Of a stretch of 64,000 nt of DNA, positions 10,169 to 19,999 are shown piece by piece. The stretch is from a virus (Duplodnaviria; Heunggongvirae; Uroviricota; Caudoviricetes): the IMG/VR virus record IMGVR_UViG_3300015615_000629, positions 32,001-96,000 of that record; one strand, given 5' to 3'. The notes beneath the pieces were generated by a model that saw nothing but the letters and a program-made list of their open reading frames with translations, searched no databases and was not told the DNA's origin. How positions within the stretch are numbered: position 1 is the first letter of the stretch; the number at the start of each line of letters is the position of its first letter. The translations under genes and the position numbers were made by a program.

Positions 10169-10642
10169 TTAAGCAGCGACTTTAGAGAAAAAGCAATCAA
10201 CTTCACTGCCTTTCCAATAATTAAGATGCGTTCCGGAAAGGAGTGAAAGTTTACGGAAAAGTTTTCTCCCTACGCCTTTGCGGCGAAATTGTGGCTTTGT
10301 ATAAAAGCCACAATCCAAGGGAGAATGAAAAATGTCATTTGGTAAATTTCTACCGAATGAATAATGTCCCTGTTCGGTTATAAGATGATACCTTTGATAC
10401 ATCTGAAAGTCTCTAAATGAGGTTGGCTCAAACTTCATGCCAAGCCCAATCCATTCATCCCCTTCGACCGCTGCTACGGCTATCTTTATATGTTCGGGAC
10501 GGTTAAACACGTGTCTAAACAGGCCATAATCCATATATAAATGATTCTGTTTTGCCTGTTCAACAAAGAATTTAATTCTTTTCTGATTTTGAGTAAATTT
10601 AAGATTCATTTCTTTTAACCGAGAGGGGCTTGATGGGGTCAA
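10169..10642 (-). CDS. GNAT-like acetyltransferase
   Basis: FYTKPQFRRKGVGRKL acetyl-CoA binding motif. Confidence 0.6.
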   Translation of the reverse strand: MTPSSPSRLKEMNLKFTQNQKRIKFFVEQAKQNHLYMDYGLFRHVFNRPEHIKIAVAAVEGDEWIGLGMKFEPTSFRDFQMYQRYHLITEQGHYSFGRNLPNDIFHSPLDCGFYTKPQFRRKGVGRKLFRKLSLLSGTHLNYWKGSEVDCFFSKVAA

Positions 10643-11183
10643 AGTAATGTTCTAAATATTCTTCTTTAGTTTGCTCTGGAATCTCGACGGTATACATGCC
10701 ATCCGCAGGGTCTCGAATCGCTACGATTCCAACAGGACGTTTGGGTATAACTTCCTGCAAATCCAATCTCATGCCAATATCATGTACCTTAAACCCAAAT
10801 GGCTCATAATAAGGCACAGTTTTTTCTAGGCAAGTAAGCATAATTTTATATGCTTCGTGGTCGATTGCTGTTTGAATAGCCTTTTGTACCAATAATTTGC
10901 CTATTCCGGAGCCACGTTCGGACTTATCGACAACAACATCTTCAAGATGGGCAGCAGTGCCACAGAGATAACTTAGTTTATGTTGAAAATGCATCATTGC
11001 CGTGCCAACGACAACGCCATCTCTATCGGCAACCCAAAGATAATAATCTGGATTGCGTTTAATGTGAGAGCGGAATTTCCCGATAGCATTGGTATAGTTG
11101 TGCTCAAAACCTGGGGAAAGTTGAGCAACAATGCGACAGATGTCGGGAATGTCTTTTTCTTCGGCTTCTCGAATGGTGAGCAT
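10599..11183 (-). CDS. GNAT acetyltransferase (GNA1-like)
   Basis: HLEDVVVDKSERGSGIGKLLV...YKIMLTC...YYEPFGF. Confidence 0.85.
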   Translation of the reverse strand: MLTIREAEEKDIPDICRIVAQLSPGFEHNYTNAIGKFRSHIKRNPDYYLWVADRDGVVVGTAMMHFQHKLSYLCGTAAHLEDVVVDKSERGSGIGKLLVQKAIQTAIDHEAYKIMLTCLEKTVPYYEPFGFKVHDIGMRLDLQEVIPKRPVGIVAIRDPADGMYTVEIPEQTKEEYLEHYFDPIKPLSVKRNES

Positions 11184-11201
11184 GGCGAAATCAGGTACAG
11201 G

Positions 11202-11672
11202 TTAGAAAAGCCACACGAGCGGTCTTCGCTTGCCGCCTTTTAGTGATGAACAACGCTGATAAGTAATTCCCTGCCAAAAGAAATCAACGGCTTGCTTGGC
11301 TGCATCCTCCGCTGAAACATAATTATGTCTTGGGCAACTCCCCATACACACCTCATAATTAGAAGTTAAATTACGATCTTCTTTAATTAAAGACCAAGTA
11401 GAATTTAACTGATTGTTTCTCGTGCCCATTCTAAGATAATGAATATAATAAGAAACCACTCTCTCGGAGATAGGAATCTCTAATTTAGTCCAAACTGTTT
11501 TTGAAGAAATTCTTTCTTCTATTTTAGTCCAAATAACCGTCCAGGGTAATCGGCAAGTCCAAGGCTGATAACTTGTTAAAAATGTTCGTACTCTTGGCGG
11601 ATTTTGATAAACAAAGTAATGCTCAATGGTGTCTTGGCTAATTTGGTTCTCAAAATGATATGTTTTATACAA
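11202..11672 (-). CDS. Prok-E2_D-like paralog 3
   Basis: RLPW...NLTSNYEVCMG...AVDFFWQG; AGGAGG RBS. Confidence 0.5.
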   Translation of the reverse strand: MYKTYHFENQISQDTIEHYFVYQNPPRVRTFLTSYQPWTCRLPWTVIWTKIEERISSKTVWTKLEIPISERVVSYYIHYLRMGTRNNQLNSTWSLIKEDRNLTSNYEVCMGSCPRHNYVSAEDAAKQAVDFFWQGITYQRCSSLKGGKRRPLVWLF

Positions 11673-11686
11673 AATTAAGTCCTCCT

Positions 11687-11722
11687 AAAAAAATATGCCC
11701 GTGTGAATCACACGGGCATATT
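11687..11722 (-). terminator. intrinsic terminator
   Basis: Perfect stem AATATGCCCGTGTG/CACACGGGCATATT followed by a U-tract on the minus strand. Confidence 0.8.
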
Positions 11723-11757
11723 GGGCGTAGCCTAACGGCTCACGGATCCACCAGCCT

Positions 11758-12246
11758 CTACGCAGCAGAAATCTTTTTGCGATTCCTGTTGCGTCTCTTC
11801 CGTTCTCTCATATAAGACATGGTTTCGGACATTACAGCCGCCCCAATAGCATGGGGTAATTTAATAGTAAGCCCTTTTTCAAGGTCGCCTACATTAATCT
11901 GCATTTCAAGCCCACACTTCTTCTGTGTAACAACAATCTTTCCGCTTTGGGCTTTTAGATTACTTTCAGGATCTTTGCACCAATTGGACGCCAACAGATC
12001 GCCATTAAAAGTAATCTGATTATCGGCAGAACGCATTCTAAGAATGCTTGTCAAAGGGACTTTCGATAATTTATCGCCTTTAGCAAACTGCCAAGCAGAT
12101 TCTAAAATACGGAATTCGGCGATGCCGTCTTGTTCGGTAATGGTTTCGACAGACAACACAGTACCTGTTACGGCTGTAATTTCGGTCTCGGTGCGACCGT
12201 GATGCAGCAAAACTACGCAATCTTCACAGAACTCGATCTTCTGCAT
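11758..12246 (-). CDS. hypothetical protein
   Basis: 162-aa ORF. Confidence 0.7.
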   Translation of the reverse strand: MQKIEFCEDCVVLLHHGRTETEITAVTGTVLSVETITEQDGIAEFRILESAWQFAKGDKLSKVPLTSILRMRSADNQITFNGDLLASNWCKDPESNLKAQSGKIVVTQKKCGLEMQINVGDLEKGLTIKLPHAIGAAVMSETMSYMRERKRRNRNRKKISAA

Positions 12247-12473
12247 TCTTCTCTATCCTCCAGAAACCAGTTTCGATTTTTATACAATTTGTATAGCAAT
12301 CTCTGGATTTTTTGTTGCTTTTGACTAGAAACGCCACTTAATGCTAATTGTAGTTCAGCGGTCAATTCTGGCAAGTCCCCCTGGCCCAAATTGACGAGAT
12401 TTTTCAGGCAATCAACGGTTTGAGCAGACTCCCTGATGTTCTGCATCGTTTTCATAGAAATCGTTTTGTGCAT
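12213..12473 (-). CDS. hypothetical protein
   Basis: 86-aa ORF with AGGAGG RBS. Confidence 0.6.
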   Translation of the reverse strand: MHKTISMKTMQNIRESAQTVDCLKNLVNLGQGDLPELTAELQLALSGVSSQKQQKIQRLLYKLYKNRNWFLEDREECRRSSSVKIA

Positions 12474-12514
12474 TTACGCTTCCCTCCTTGAGGCTTTAAT
12501 CTACCTTACTTTCG

Positions 12515-13078
12515 TTAAATTGCAAGCTTTTGCTTGCGAGAATAGGTGTTCCAAATCAATAAATCGAATTCTGCCACACTCATGCCTGACTTATCTGCCA
12601 AATCTAGAAACAGATTTTCGATTTTTTCGTATTTCTTCTCCGACCCTGGCGTATTCCTTGGCACATCATGGCCCTTTTCAGACAAATAACGCAATACATG
12701 AACATCCAAGCCGGCCAAGCGGACGTTTTTCCTGCTATGTATAAGAAAACATCTGGCGGTTTTAGGGCCGATTCCACGAATCGACACTAAATCTTTAACT
12801 GAGCATTTTGCCAAATCTAGATTGGCATTTGCTAGTTCTTTTATCCAGATGGCTTTTTTCTTATAACAACCTAATCCAGCGGCTTTGAGGCGGGACTCCA
12901 ATTCTTTAATTGGAGTTTTTCTGATGAAGGCGAAAGGCGGGCGGTTTCGTAAAAACTTATCCAAACCCCTTGCAGTGGAATTTGCATTGTGTCCAGCGGC
13001 GAAGAGCCAGAATAAAAGCACCTCTTCCGATTCAACTTTATTCAAATTGTAATTTGTTATATTAGAAGGATCAATCAT
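12515..13078 (-). CDS. HhH-GPD DNA glycosylase (8-oxoG glycosylase Ogg2-like)
   Basis: LVSIRGIGPKTARCFL HhH, LDVHVLRYL, KKYEKIE, FDLLIW. Confidence 0.8.
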   Translation of the reverse strand: MIDPSNITNYNLNKVESEEVLLFWLFAAGHNANSTARGLDKFLRNRPPFAFIRKTPIKELESRLKAAGLGCYKKKAIWIKELANANLDLAKCSVKDLVSIRGIGPKTARCFLIHSRKNVRLAGLDVHVLRYLSEKGHDVPRNTPGSEKKYEKIENLFLDLADKSGMSVAEFDLLIWNTYSRKQKLAI

Positions 13079-13079
13079 A

Positions 13080-13499
13080 TTAATTTAATCTATATCGTTG
13101 CATCCCATCCTTTACGGTATTGAGTTGTTGGTCGAAAATTTCGTTTGAATGCATCAACACAGGAAAAAACTTATTTTTATAGTCTTCGCTGTCTAGTTCC
13201 TTAATTTCGTTGGCGATCATCCAAATCTCAAGTGCTCCGAAACCAACAATTTCATCCTTGGGAGCGTCCAACATATCAGGAACTAAAAGAGAAAGAAAGC
13301 CGATTTCAATAAGTTTTTTGTAGAATTCGATAACTTCAGGAATCTCGTATAGTTCCCTTGGGTCATCGTCAAAACCAGCAGTCGTTAAAACAAATCCCTT
13401 TTTGGAAATTTGGACTTGCCGCCACAAGTCGGCGAACATGCCTTTGATTTCGTCGATTGGAGTATCAACACCCAGATTGATAACAAGTAAATCATTCAT
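13080..13499 (-). CDS. hypothetical protein (CRR6/DUF1817-like motif)
   Basis: DDDPRELYEIPEV motif. Confidence 0.55.
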   Translation of the reverse strand: MNDLLVINLGVDTPIDEIKGMFADLWRQVQISKKGFVLTTAGFDDDPRELYEIPEVIEFYKKLIEIGFLSLLVPDMLDAPKDEIVGFGALEIWMIANEIKELDSEDYKNKFFPVLMHSNEIFDQQLNTVKDGMQRYRLN

Positions 13500-14160
13500 A
13501 GTCTATTCTCTTGTTCTCAACATCAACAGTGAATGTTTCCAAGGAATCCCTTTTGTAAAAAGTAAATTTATTGCCGTTTACTTCTTGGAAAGGAGAATTT
13601 GAATGAGTTATTTTCAAATTACGCAGCAAACCCATAGCAGTTACTAAGTCATAAGCAGCGTATGTATTCGCCTTTTTCCAATATGAGAAAGTTTTCGCTT
13701 TTAGCTGTTGGATGCCCACAATAGAAGTATCACTGTTCCAAAAATAATTCATAATTTTTTCTAGATATTCGTCATCTGCGTAATCTACATAAGAAACATT
13801 TACATTTTCTTCGCCCATGCAAACTTGCATGTCTGAAACATAGTTGCCAAACCAACGGGCATTGAATATCAATGTCTTAGGCGTTAGAGGCATTTTCTTA
13901 AACTGGCCGAATCTCACCGACGGTTTGGTAGTATACGAATCTGAAAAATCCAATTTGATATCGAAGATTGAATAGTTTTTAATATTTACCCAACAAGGTA
14001 CATTGGAACACATGATTGTTCGTGAATGCGGTGGAAATACCAAAATATGATTTATAACATATCTTCGACTAGGCGTATCCAGAATTAGCCCTGTATTTGG
14101 GCCAATCTGTTCCCTATTTGGGATAATACGCTTATTTGTTTCTTTATAAATTGGCCTCAT
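13492..14160 (-). CDS. Prok-E2_D-like paralog 4
   Basis: FGNYVSDMQVCMG...IMNYFWNSD. Confidence 0.5.
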   Translation of the reverse strand: MRPIYKETNKRIIPNREQIGPNTGLILDTPSRRYVINHILVFPPHSRTIMCSNVPCWVNIKNYSIFDIKLDFSDSYTTKPSVRFGQFKKMPLTPKTLIFNARWFGNYVSDMQVCMGEENVNVSYVDYADDEYLEKIMNYFWNSDTSIVGIQQLKAKTFSYWKKANTYAAYDLVTAMGLLRNLKITHSNSPFQEVNGNKFTFYKRDSLETFTVDVENKRIDYE

Positions 14161-14747
14161 TTGTTCCTCAAACTCGCCAAAGTTTCGGATGCGTCATAGG
14201 AAAATGGATTTGTAAACAAATTAATAAGTTGTTTGTCCGTGAAGTGCTTGTCGAAGCCTATTTCATTGCTTTCAATTGATATCTTAAGGCTAATCTCGGT
14301 TGCTTTGTTTTTCATTAATTCAATAGAAAGATCGGCCATACCATAACAAATCGAAGCCATTGGCTGTTCCAGGTCACAACCACTTGTCTTAAACAAGGTA
14401 TAATCATCCCGTGTCTTAATCCTTTCCATTCCTAATCTAACAATATCGCTTCGTTCTGGCTTCAATGTAGATTCACCAGGGATGGACTTTGGAATAAATC
14501 CGTTATCTAGCAAGGTTTTGAAGTTTACAACTTTGCTAAATGCAAGGTATTTGAAAGGGGTTTGGCCTTGCAAATTGAATTTAAAATATTGGGGTGGTGC
14601 GGGGATTCTACGAACAAGAATAGACCAGCAACCGCCGCCGACGAGCCATTCAAACCCAGATTGGAGAGCGAATCCGAGAAGAGTTAGGCTATCTTCGGGT
14701 TCGAGAGAGATGGAGACGGTTTCTTTGTCGAAAGTGGTTTGTAACAT
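14157..14747 (-). CDS. hypothetical protein
   Basis: ATG at 14747 coupled to the upstream TAA. Confidence 0.65.
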   Translation of the reverse strand: MLQTTFDKETVSISLEPEDSLTLLGFALQSGFEWLVGGGCWSILVRRIPAPPQYFKFNLQGQTPFKYLAFSKVVNFKTLLDNGFIPKSIPGESTLKPERSDIVRLGMERIKTRDDYTLFKTSGCDLEQPMASICYGMADLSIELMKNKATEISLKISIESNEIGFDKHFTDKQLINLFTNPFSYDASETLASLRNK

Positions 14748-14911
14748 TATCGGCGAGTAGTGATTTTGAGGAAGGTGTAAATCACACAGTAGACCACGCC
14801 ATAATAGAGCAAACCCGTACCAATGCAAAGGGCCAGCCAGAGCAAAAATGGGCTAAGCCACAATGCTAGGATTACACAGAGAACGATTCCAACAACTTGA
14901 TTGGTGCTCAT
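14747..14911 (-). CDS. small membrane protein (54 aa)
   Basis: Manually translated MSTNQVVGIVLCVILALWLSPFLLWLALCIGTGLLYYG...; ATGA and TAATG couplings on both sides. Confidence 0.6.
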   Translation of the reverse strand: MSTNQVVGIVLCVILALWLSPFLLWLALCIGTGLLYYGVVYCVIYTFLKITTRR

Positions 14912-15057
14912 TTTTCACTTTCAAATCGCCATTCGGCACTACTCTGAACAGGAAAGGGGTCGCCGGGCATTCCCCAATCCTTATGTACTCCAACTACAAA
15001 AACTACCTTACAACCAGCCAAAAACACCAGAAGTAAGATTAACAGCCACTTTTTCAT
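14908..15057 (-). CDS. small lipoprotein (49 aa)
   Basis: MKKWLLILLLVFLAG-C lipobox; ATGA overlap with the upstream stop. Confidence 0.6.
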   Translation of the reverse strand: MKKWLLILLLVFLAGCKVVFVVGVHKDWGMPGDPFPVQSSAEWRFESEK

Positions 15058-15764
15058 GTTTCATCCTTGAAACCAAGTAAAAAATCAACGGTTTGGTCAA
15101 TTTTGCCACAGACAAACTTGAAAAACCGCTTTTCCTTAAGCCTTCTGGCCCACTCTTTTTGGTACAGGTTGTAAATCGCCATGTTGTTCGATTGTGGAAT
15201 TCCAATTTCGTCGCAAATCCGACAACCAACTATCTCCGCTATTAACTCCCTTGTAACTTCGTCAGTCTTATATTTTAATCTTATTTCAGCCCAATGGGAT
15301 AATTCATGAAAAAATGTTGCATAATATTCATTTAACGGCACAGACGACGGTACGGGCACTGTAATGGAGTCCCCGAAGGAATGATTTGGCCAAGTTCCAA
15401 AAGGTTGTGGATAAAAATACTTTCCATTGGCACCAAAATCAAAATTATAGTTGGCTTTAGTCTTTTCTACAAAATGAAGGGCTTTTTTATAATCGGGTTC
15501 TATTTCTTTATAGCGATAGTTTACTGCTAGGGGGATTTCATCGGCGTTGAATAGTCCACGATATCTAGGAGCGGGAAAGCCAAGCGAATTCCATTGAGAT
15601 GCTGTGCCCCACCAACGGGTCTTTGATTCAGCCGATAGGGCGATGCCTCCCCAACCTTTATAGATTTTCTTTGTAATTATGTTCCTTGCCAAACCGGCAT
15701 TTCTGGGGCGTTGCCAAGGAAAACGATTTGCTTCAACTTCTGACAGTAAAAACGCGGGAATCAA
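15054..15764 (-). CDS. ArdC-like antirestriction ssDNA-binding / zincin metallopeptidase protein
   Basis: PW..., N..TKKIYKG...WWGT..QW N-domain; YYATFFHELSHW...ELIAE zincin motif. Confidence 0.75.
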   Translation of the reverse strand: MIPAFLLSEVEANRFPWQRPRNAGLARNIITKKIYKGWGGIALSAESKTRWWGTASQWNSLGFPAPRYRGLFNADEIPLAVNYRYKEIEPDYKKALHFVEKTKANYNFDFGANGKYFYPQPFGTWPNHSFGDSITVPVPSSVPLNEYYATFFHELSHWAEIRLKYKTDEVTRELIAEIVGCRICDEIGIPQSNNMAIYNLYQKEWARRLKEKRFFKFVCGKIDQTVDFLLGFKDET

Positions 15765-16305
15765 GGGAATCTTTCATTGGGGAAAATTCTGGTTCTATTA
15801 GAAAGTCGATAGATCGGTGCTGCAAAATACTATTTAAATAGTAGGCTTTTCGATCTTCTTTTTTTGGTAAGATACCTCTTTTTATCCATCTGGATAATTC
15901 GATGTAAAATTTATCACTATAAGGAGTTTCAAACTCAAACTCTGATTCCCAGAAATGGTTAATCATTTCTGACACATAGACGGGTTCGGCAAGTAGTTCT
16001 GTTGTACTTCTGAGATTCCGATGCGGCCCTGGCATACAAACAATTAACGATGTTCCAATATTAGGCAATGGCAATGGATATAATTTAATCATCCTCTCAG
16101 ATAATCTCTCATACATCCCAAATCGGTAGTCATAAGATAAGAATCTAATATTGTCGAAATTCTCTTGTTTAACCTTAATGATTAATGCGGTTTCTGGAAA
16201 CTTGAGAAAGTTAGGGTAATCCGAAAGGATAATGGTTCTGCCGTGTTCCAGAAACACCTTCACAAAAAGTAACTCTGTATTGAAGGAATTTGAATAGATT
16301 TCCAT
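15733..16305 (-). CDS. Prok-E2_D-like paralog 5
   Basis: KFPE...LYPLPLPNI...IVCMPG...MINHFWESEF. Confidence 0.55.
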   Translation of the reverse strand: MEIYSNSFNTELLFVKVFLEHGRTIILSDYPNFLKFPETALIIKVKQENFDNIRFLSYDYRFGMYERLSERMIKLYPLPLPNIGTSLIVCMPGPHRNLRSTTELLAEPVYVSEMINHFWESEFEFETPYSDKFYIELSRWIKRGILPKKEDRKAYYLNSILQHRSIDFLIEPEFSPMKDSLDSRVFTVRS

Positions 16306-17429
16306 TAGTTTAAGTCCGCCGACCCTCTAAAGTTAATCTTGGGCTTAACGGAATCTGGCATTGCATAAATGCCAATATTCTTAATCTTTCGCTTGTTTAA
16401 CTCGTCCAAACCGGCTTGAGTGATACAAAACCCCTTGCCAGAAGCAACTGTAACCAAAGGGTCGCGGTCGGGAGTGCTGAGCAACAGCGGCGGCATGACG
16501 AATTTTTGCAATTCTTCTTCTTTTACACGAACAACTGCAGTCATTCGATTCATGGAGATTGGACCTTGCTGCCCTAGAGCAACAAGAATCGCCAACCGCT
16601 GCTTGGTCATCCCAAACTCATCAATTCCATGATCTTCGGCAATGATTTTGGCAATATTTTCCCAGCGGTCGGGCTGCATTAAGTATTGTTGTCGCATTTC
16701 ATCCGCAAATGCCAACGCTTCGCGTGGAATCGTTCCAGCATACTTAGCTACCAAACCACATTCTTTTATTGACCAATCTTTGTTCTTAGATTGAACAATT
16801 TGAGCCATTTCGTAGTTGGAGTATAGAGTTAGATTAAGATGCACGAATCGAGTGACAAAGGCATCGAAAAGCAGTCCGATATCGGTAGTGGCGACAATCC
16901 ACGCACACCGAGAAAAGTTAAATTCATATCCTTTTTTGCTTACGACACGAGCATCGTTACGTTCAGTGGCTTTAAGCAAGCCTTGAACGATAGTGCTTTT
17001 AAGCAAATGAATTTCGTCAATAAAGATAATGCACGGTGGAACCTGAAAAATCATATTATCAGGAATCAGCGGCAAACCCCATTCAGCAAGAACGGTGGAG
17101 ATTACCGCAAGAATATCCTCAACCGATTTAACGGATTGAGGATGAATCTCAATGAAAGGGATTTTGAGAATATCAGCAATACGCTTAGCTAGCGTAGTTT
17201 TTCCAACAGAAGCGGGGCCAAGAAGGGCGTAATTCTGTTGGAGCCGATGATTGGGGTCTAGAAACGCCTGAAATAGGCCACGATTAAGAATACGAAGCAC
17301 AGGCCGGTTTCCGATGAAGCCGGCCCATGCCCCATACTCGTTGTCTGGATCTAAATCCAGAGCAATCAATTCATTAGGAAGAGTGTTGAAAAACAACTGT
17401 TGCGGAGCATTGTGGTTCATGCCACTCAC
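16305..17429 (-). CDS. ruvB: RuvB-like AAA+ ATPase
   Basis: GPASVGKTTLA, IFIDEIHLL, ATT..GLL....TRF, L..YS..EM..IV, GTIPREA, GIDEFG, C-terminal wHTH-like segment. Confidence 0.7.
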   Translation of the reverse strand: MSGMNHNAPQQLFFNTLPNELIALDLDPDNEYGAWAGFIGNRPVLRILNRGLFQAFLDPNHRLQQNYALLGPASVGKTTLAKRIADILKIPFIEIHPQSVKSVEDILAVISTVLAEWGLPLIPDNMIFQVPPCIIFIDEIHLLKSTIVQGLLKATERNDARVVSKKGYEFNFSRCAWIVATTDIGLLFDAFVTRFVHLNLTLYSNYEMAQIVQSKNKDWSIKECGLVAKYAGTIPREALAFADEMRQQYLMQPDRWENIAKIIAEDHGIDEFGMTKQRLAILVALGQQGPISMNRMTAVVRVKEEELQKFVMPPLLLSTPDRDPLVTVASGKGFCITQAGLDELNKRKIKNIGIYAMPDSVKPKINFRGSADLN

Positions 17430-17437
17430 GGTACAGG

Positions 17438-18385
17438 TTAGGTGCCTTGAGCGTCAAGAATCTTTTTCTTCAACCTCTCCAAGGCCACGTGGGGAGCCTC
17501 ACGGCTGTAACATTGTCCTGTGACAGGGTTTATGTTCGCCGCAGCAACCCGTGTAGCCCATCCTCTACCATCGAATAGAAAAGCATGCAAAACCTTTTCC
17601 TCCCAAGGAGTTAGGTTCGCACGGCTAATTGCATCGAGGTGTTCGGGGAACAATCCATTTTCCATAGAATCTGGATTATCCAAAAAGATTTCCTTTGGTT
17701 CTTCGTCATCATCGGCCAACGAAGAAGCATTTTTAATCTTATTGAGATTCATGGTAAGTCTGAGTCGTTGTTTTTCATTCAACTCAAGCCGATCACAAAT
17801 CTCTTCAAAGCTAAGATATGCTTCATCGGCGGCAATTCTCTGGTATTTGTATACCAATTTTGCCGCAGACGAACCAAGCGGAATCAATCTGGAACGCCAG
17901 ATATCACGGTTAATAGCGTGGTCAATGCAGTGCCAAGCGTAGGTAAGAAATTTAATTTTCTTACCTTTCTTGTTGACGCCTTTATAGCCATGCACGGCAT
18001 CCAAGAATCCAAGAACAGCCTCCTCGAAGAGGTCATTTTTGGAAATTGGAGTGTTATTCTTGTTAATGCGATACCAATGGTTGGAACGCTTGTGCAAGAG
18101 CCGTGCATAACCGGTCAAAAGTCGCCATTCAAGATTCTTGACCGCCATAAACTTCTCAACATCGGATTTTGGAATAAAATGTCCGAAGACGGTGATATCA
18201 CAAATCCGATCTTTGAGCAGTTTATATAGTTCGACACGGAATTTACGCCGACTGGGCTGCTTTTTGTTTCCCTTGATGATTTTGTGGTGTTGTTCGGCAA
18301 GGGTATTACCGACAATCAGCACTTGCATAATCTGCTTTTTGTCATCAGGGCTAATTTTTTCGTATGGTATCATTGGCTCATTCAT
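17438..18385 (-). CDS. sigma-70 family RNA polymerase sigma factor
   Basis: Region 2: DLFEEAVLGFLDAVHGY...KFLTYAWHCIDHAINR. Confidence 0.75.
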   Translation of the reverse strand: MNEPMIPYEKISPDDKKQIMQVLIVGNTLAEQHHKIIKGNKKQPSRRKFRVELYKLLKDRICDITVFGHFIPKSDVEKFMAVKNLEWRLLTGYARLLHKRSNHWYRINKNNTPISKNDLFEEAVLGFLDAVHGYKGVNKKGKKIKFLTYAWHCIDHAINRDIWRSRLIPLGSSAAKLVYKYQRIAADEAYLSFEEICDRLELNEKQRLRLTMNLNKIKNASSLADDDEEPKEIFLDNPDSMENGLFPEHLDAISRANLTPWEEKVLHAFLFDGRGWATRVAAANINPVTGQCYSREAPHVALERLKKKILDAQGT

Positions 18386-18406
18386 GGCGAGTCCTTTCGG
18401 TCGGCA

Positions 18407-18778
18407 CTAGTATCTTAGTAATCGTCGGCGAATTTTCTGGTACAGGTTGGACAACTCTACCACAAAAAGGTTCGCAGGGTGTTTATTGGCCATAGCCATT
18501 GCTTCGGCATGTCCAATTAAAGCCTCTTCTCTGGTTGCGTATCTTCTTTGAAATTGGTGTAGCTCATCTTGATTGTCACAAAATATCATTGTTTCATAAA
18601 GAATAGGCACATCCCCACGAAAGGAATGGTCAATTCCCAAGAATACAGTGCTTACAAGGCGGCCATTAACTCTATTACGGGCCACCTGTCTATCTTGGCG
18701 TTCAAACCACACCCCGAATTCTTCCGAGGTTGCAGGTACAGGTTTGCCGTCTTTTTCGATCCACAAGAGATTGTTCAT
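18407..18778 (-). CDS. hypothetical phage protein
   Basis: VSTVFLGIDHSF...PILYETMIF motif. Confidence 0.65.
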   Translation of the reverse strand: MNNLLWIEKDGKPVPATSEEFGVWFERQDRQVARNRVNGRLVSTVFLGIDHSFRGDVPILYETMIFCDNQDELHQFQRRYATREEALIGHAEAMAMANKHPANLFVVELSNLYQKIRRRLLRY

Positions 18779-18806
18779 TTTCGTGTCTTGCCCTGTAAAT
18801 AAGTTT

Positions 18807-19508
18807 ATGCACAATCCCTATTCGGCTCGTGTTGACGTACAATATGGTGGCTATCCGGCAATAATCATTGCCCCGCATGGGTTTGACGACCCCAATGTGG
18901 GTTTTATGGCACAAAAAATAGCCGACAGATTAGACTGTTTTTGTGTAATTAACAATGGTTGGCAATGTTCAGCGGAGTTCGATTATACCGCACAAAAAGC
19001 AGATTGCAACTCAATCAAACATTGTCAAGACGAAGTTCTAAATTTCGAATTTTTAAAACCAATCGAACAAATGGCAGAACAATGTAAAGCAAATTTTGGT
19101 TTTTTCTATTGTCTGATTTTGTGTGGGATTTCAGATAATATTAGGCGAATAATCGACAGAAACCTAGATTTGGTAATAGGTTGGGGAATGGGCTCGCCAC
19201 CTAGTTTAAGTTGCATGAGGATCACAAAAGATTCATTTATTAGCCATTTGGAAGATTTTAAACTCACAACTTATGAGGCAGGCTCTGGAAGTCGTTATTC
19301 GGGCAGAAAATACAATTCTTTAAATCAATATGTGTCTACACAAAAAGGTATTACACAAAGCATGCAGGTGGGAATTGTGCGGCATTTAAGGAGAAATAAG
19401 GATATAGCAGAGATAACTGCCTACAAAATAGCAGAATCTTTAAAGGAAACAGTCCGAATTGGGGACAATTATTATGGTCAGGTTAATACAAGAATATGCA
19501 CCTACTGA
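18807..19508 (+). CDS. hypothetical protein, possible Zn-dependent hydrolase
   Basis: IIIAPHG motif; TAAATA 5 nt before the ATG. Confidence 0.55.
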   Translation: MHNPYSARVDVQYGGYPAIIIAPHGFDDPNVGFMAQKIADRLDCFCVINNGWQCSAEFDYTAQKADCNSIKHCQDEVLNFEFLKPIEQMAEQCKANFGFFYCLILCGISDNIRRIIDRNLDLVIGWGMGSPPSLSCMRITKDSFISHLEDFKLTTYEAGSGSRYSGRKYNSLNQYVSTQKGITQSMQVGIVRHLRRNKDIAEITAYKIAESLKETVRIGDNYYGQVNTRICTY

Positions 19509-19522
19509 GGATAGATATTATT

Positions 19523-19999
19523 ATGGACGACTTCTTAGCACAAATCGAGCAACAAATCCGCGATGTTCGTACAGGACACAATATCCAGCCTGTTCCTTGT
19601 CACAAAAAACACAAAGAAAATAATCTACTTTTCATTGTGGCAATCGGCCTTATGGTGGCTATTGCCATTTTTATGTATAAACACAAAAAGGATGATATTC
19701 GTAATTGGGCAGGGCAATTATTAGTTCAGAAAACAGAAGAAGTTGTCGGTAAAGATGTTACCTCTGTATTAAACGAGATTTTAGCCACTCAAGAGAAGCA
19801 CAAGAATCTACTTCAAATGGTTGGCGACAGATTAGCAGTAATGGGAGCGGTTTTGAATAACAATACTGCTGTTTCGCAGAACAAATATCCTGTTGAAGAT
19901 TACGTTTACATAAGCCGTGATTGGAAGATCAATCAAGTTCCCAAGCACTTAAATGCGGCTCCAAGAGAGCGTGGCATTATCGAACAACATTCTAAGTAA
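19523..19999 (+). CDS. single-pass membrane protein
   Basis: LLFIVAIGLMVAIAIFMY hydrophobic segment. Confidence 0.65.
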   Translation: MDDFLAQIEQQIRDVRTGHNIQPVPCHKKHKENNLLFIVAIGLMVAIAIFMYKHKKDDIRNWAGQLLVQKTEEVVGKDVTSVLNEILATQEKHKNLLQMVGDRLAVMGAVLNNNTAVSQNKYPVEDYVYISRDWKINQVPKHLNAAPRERGIIEQHSK

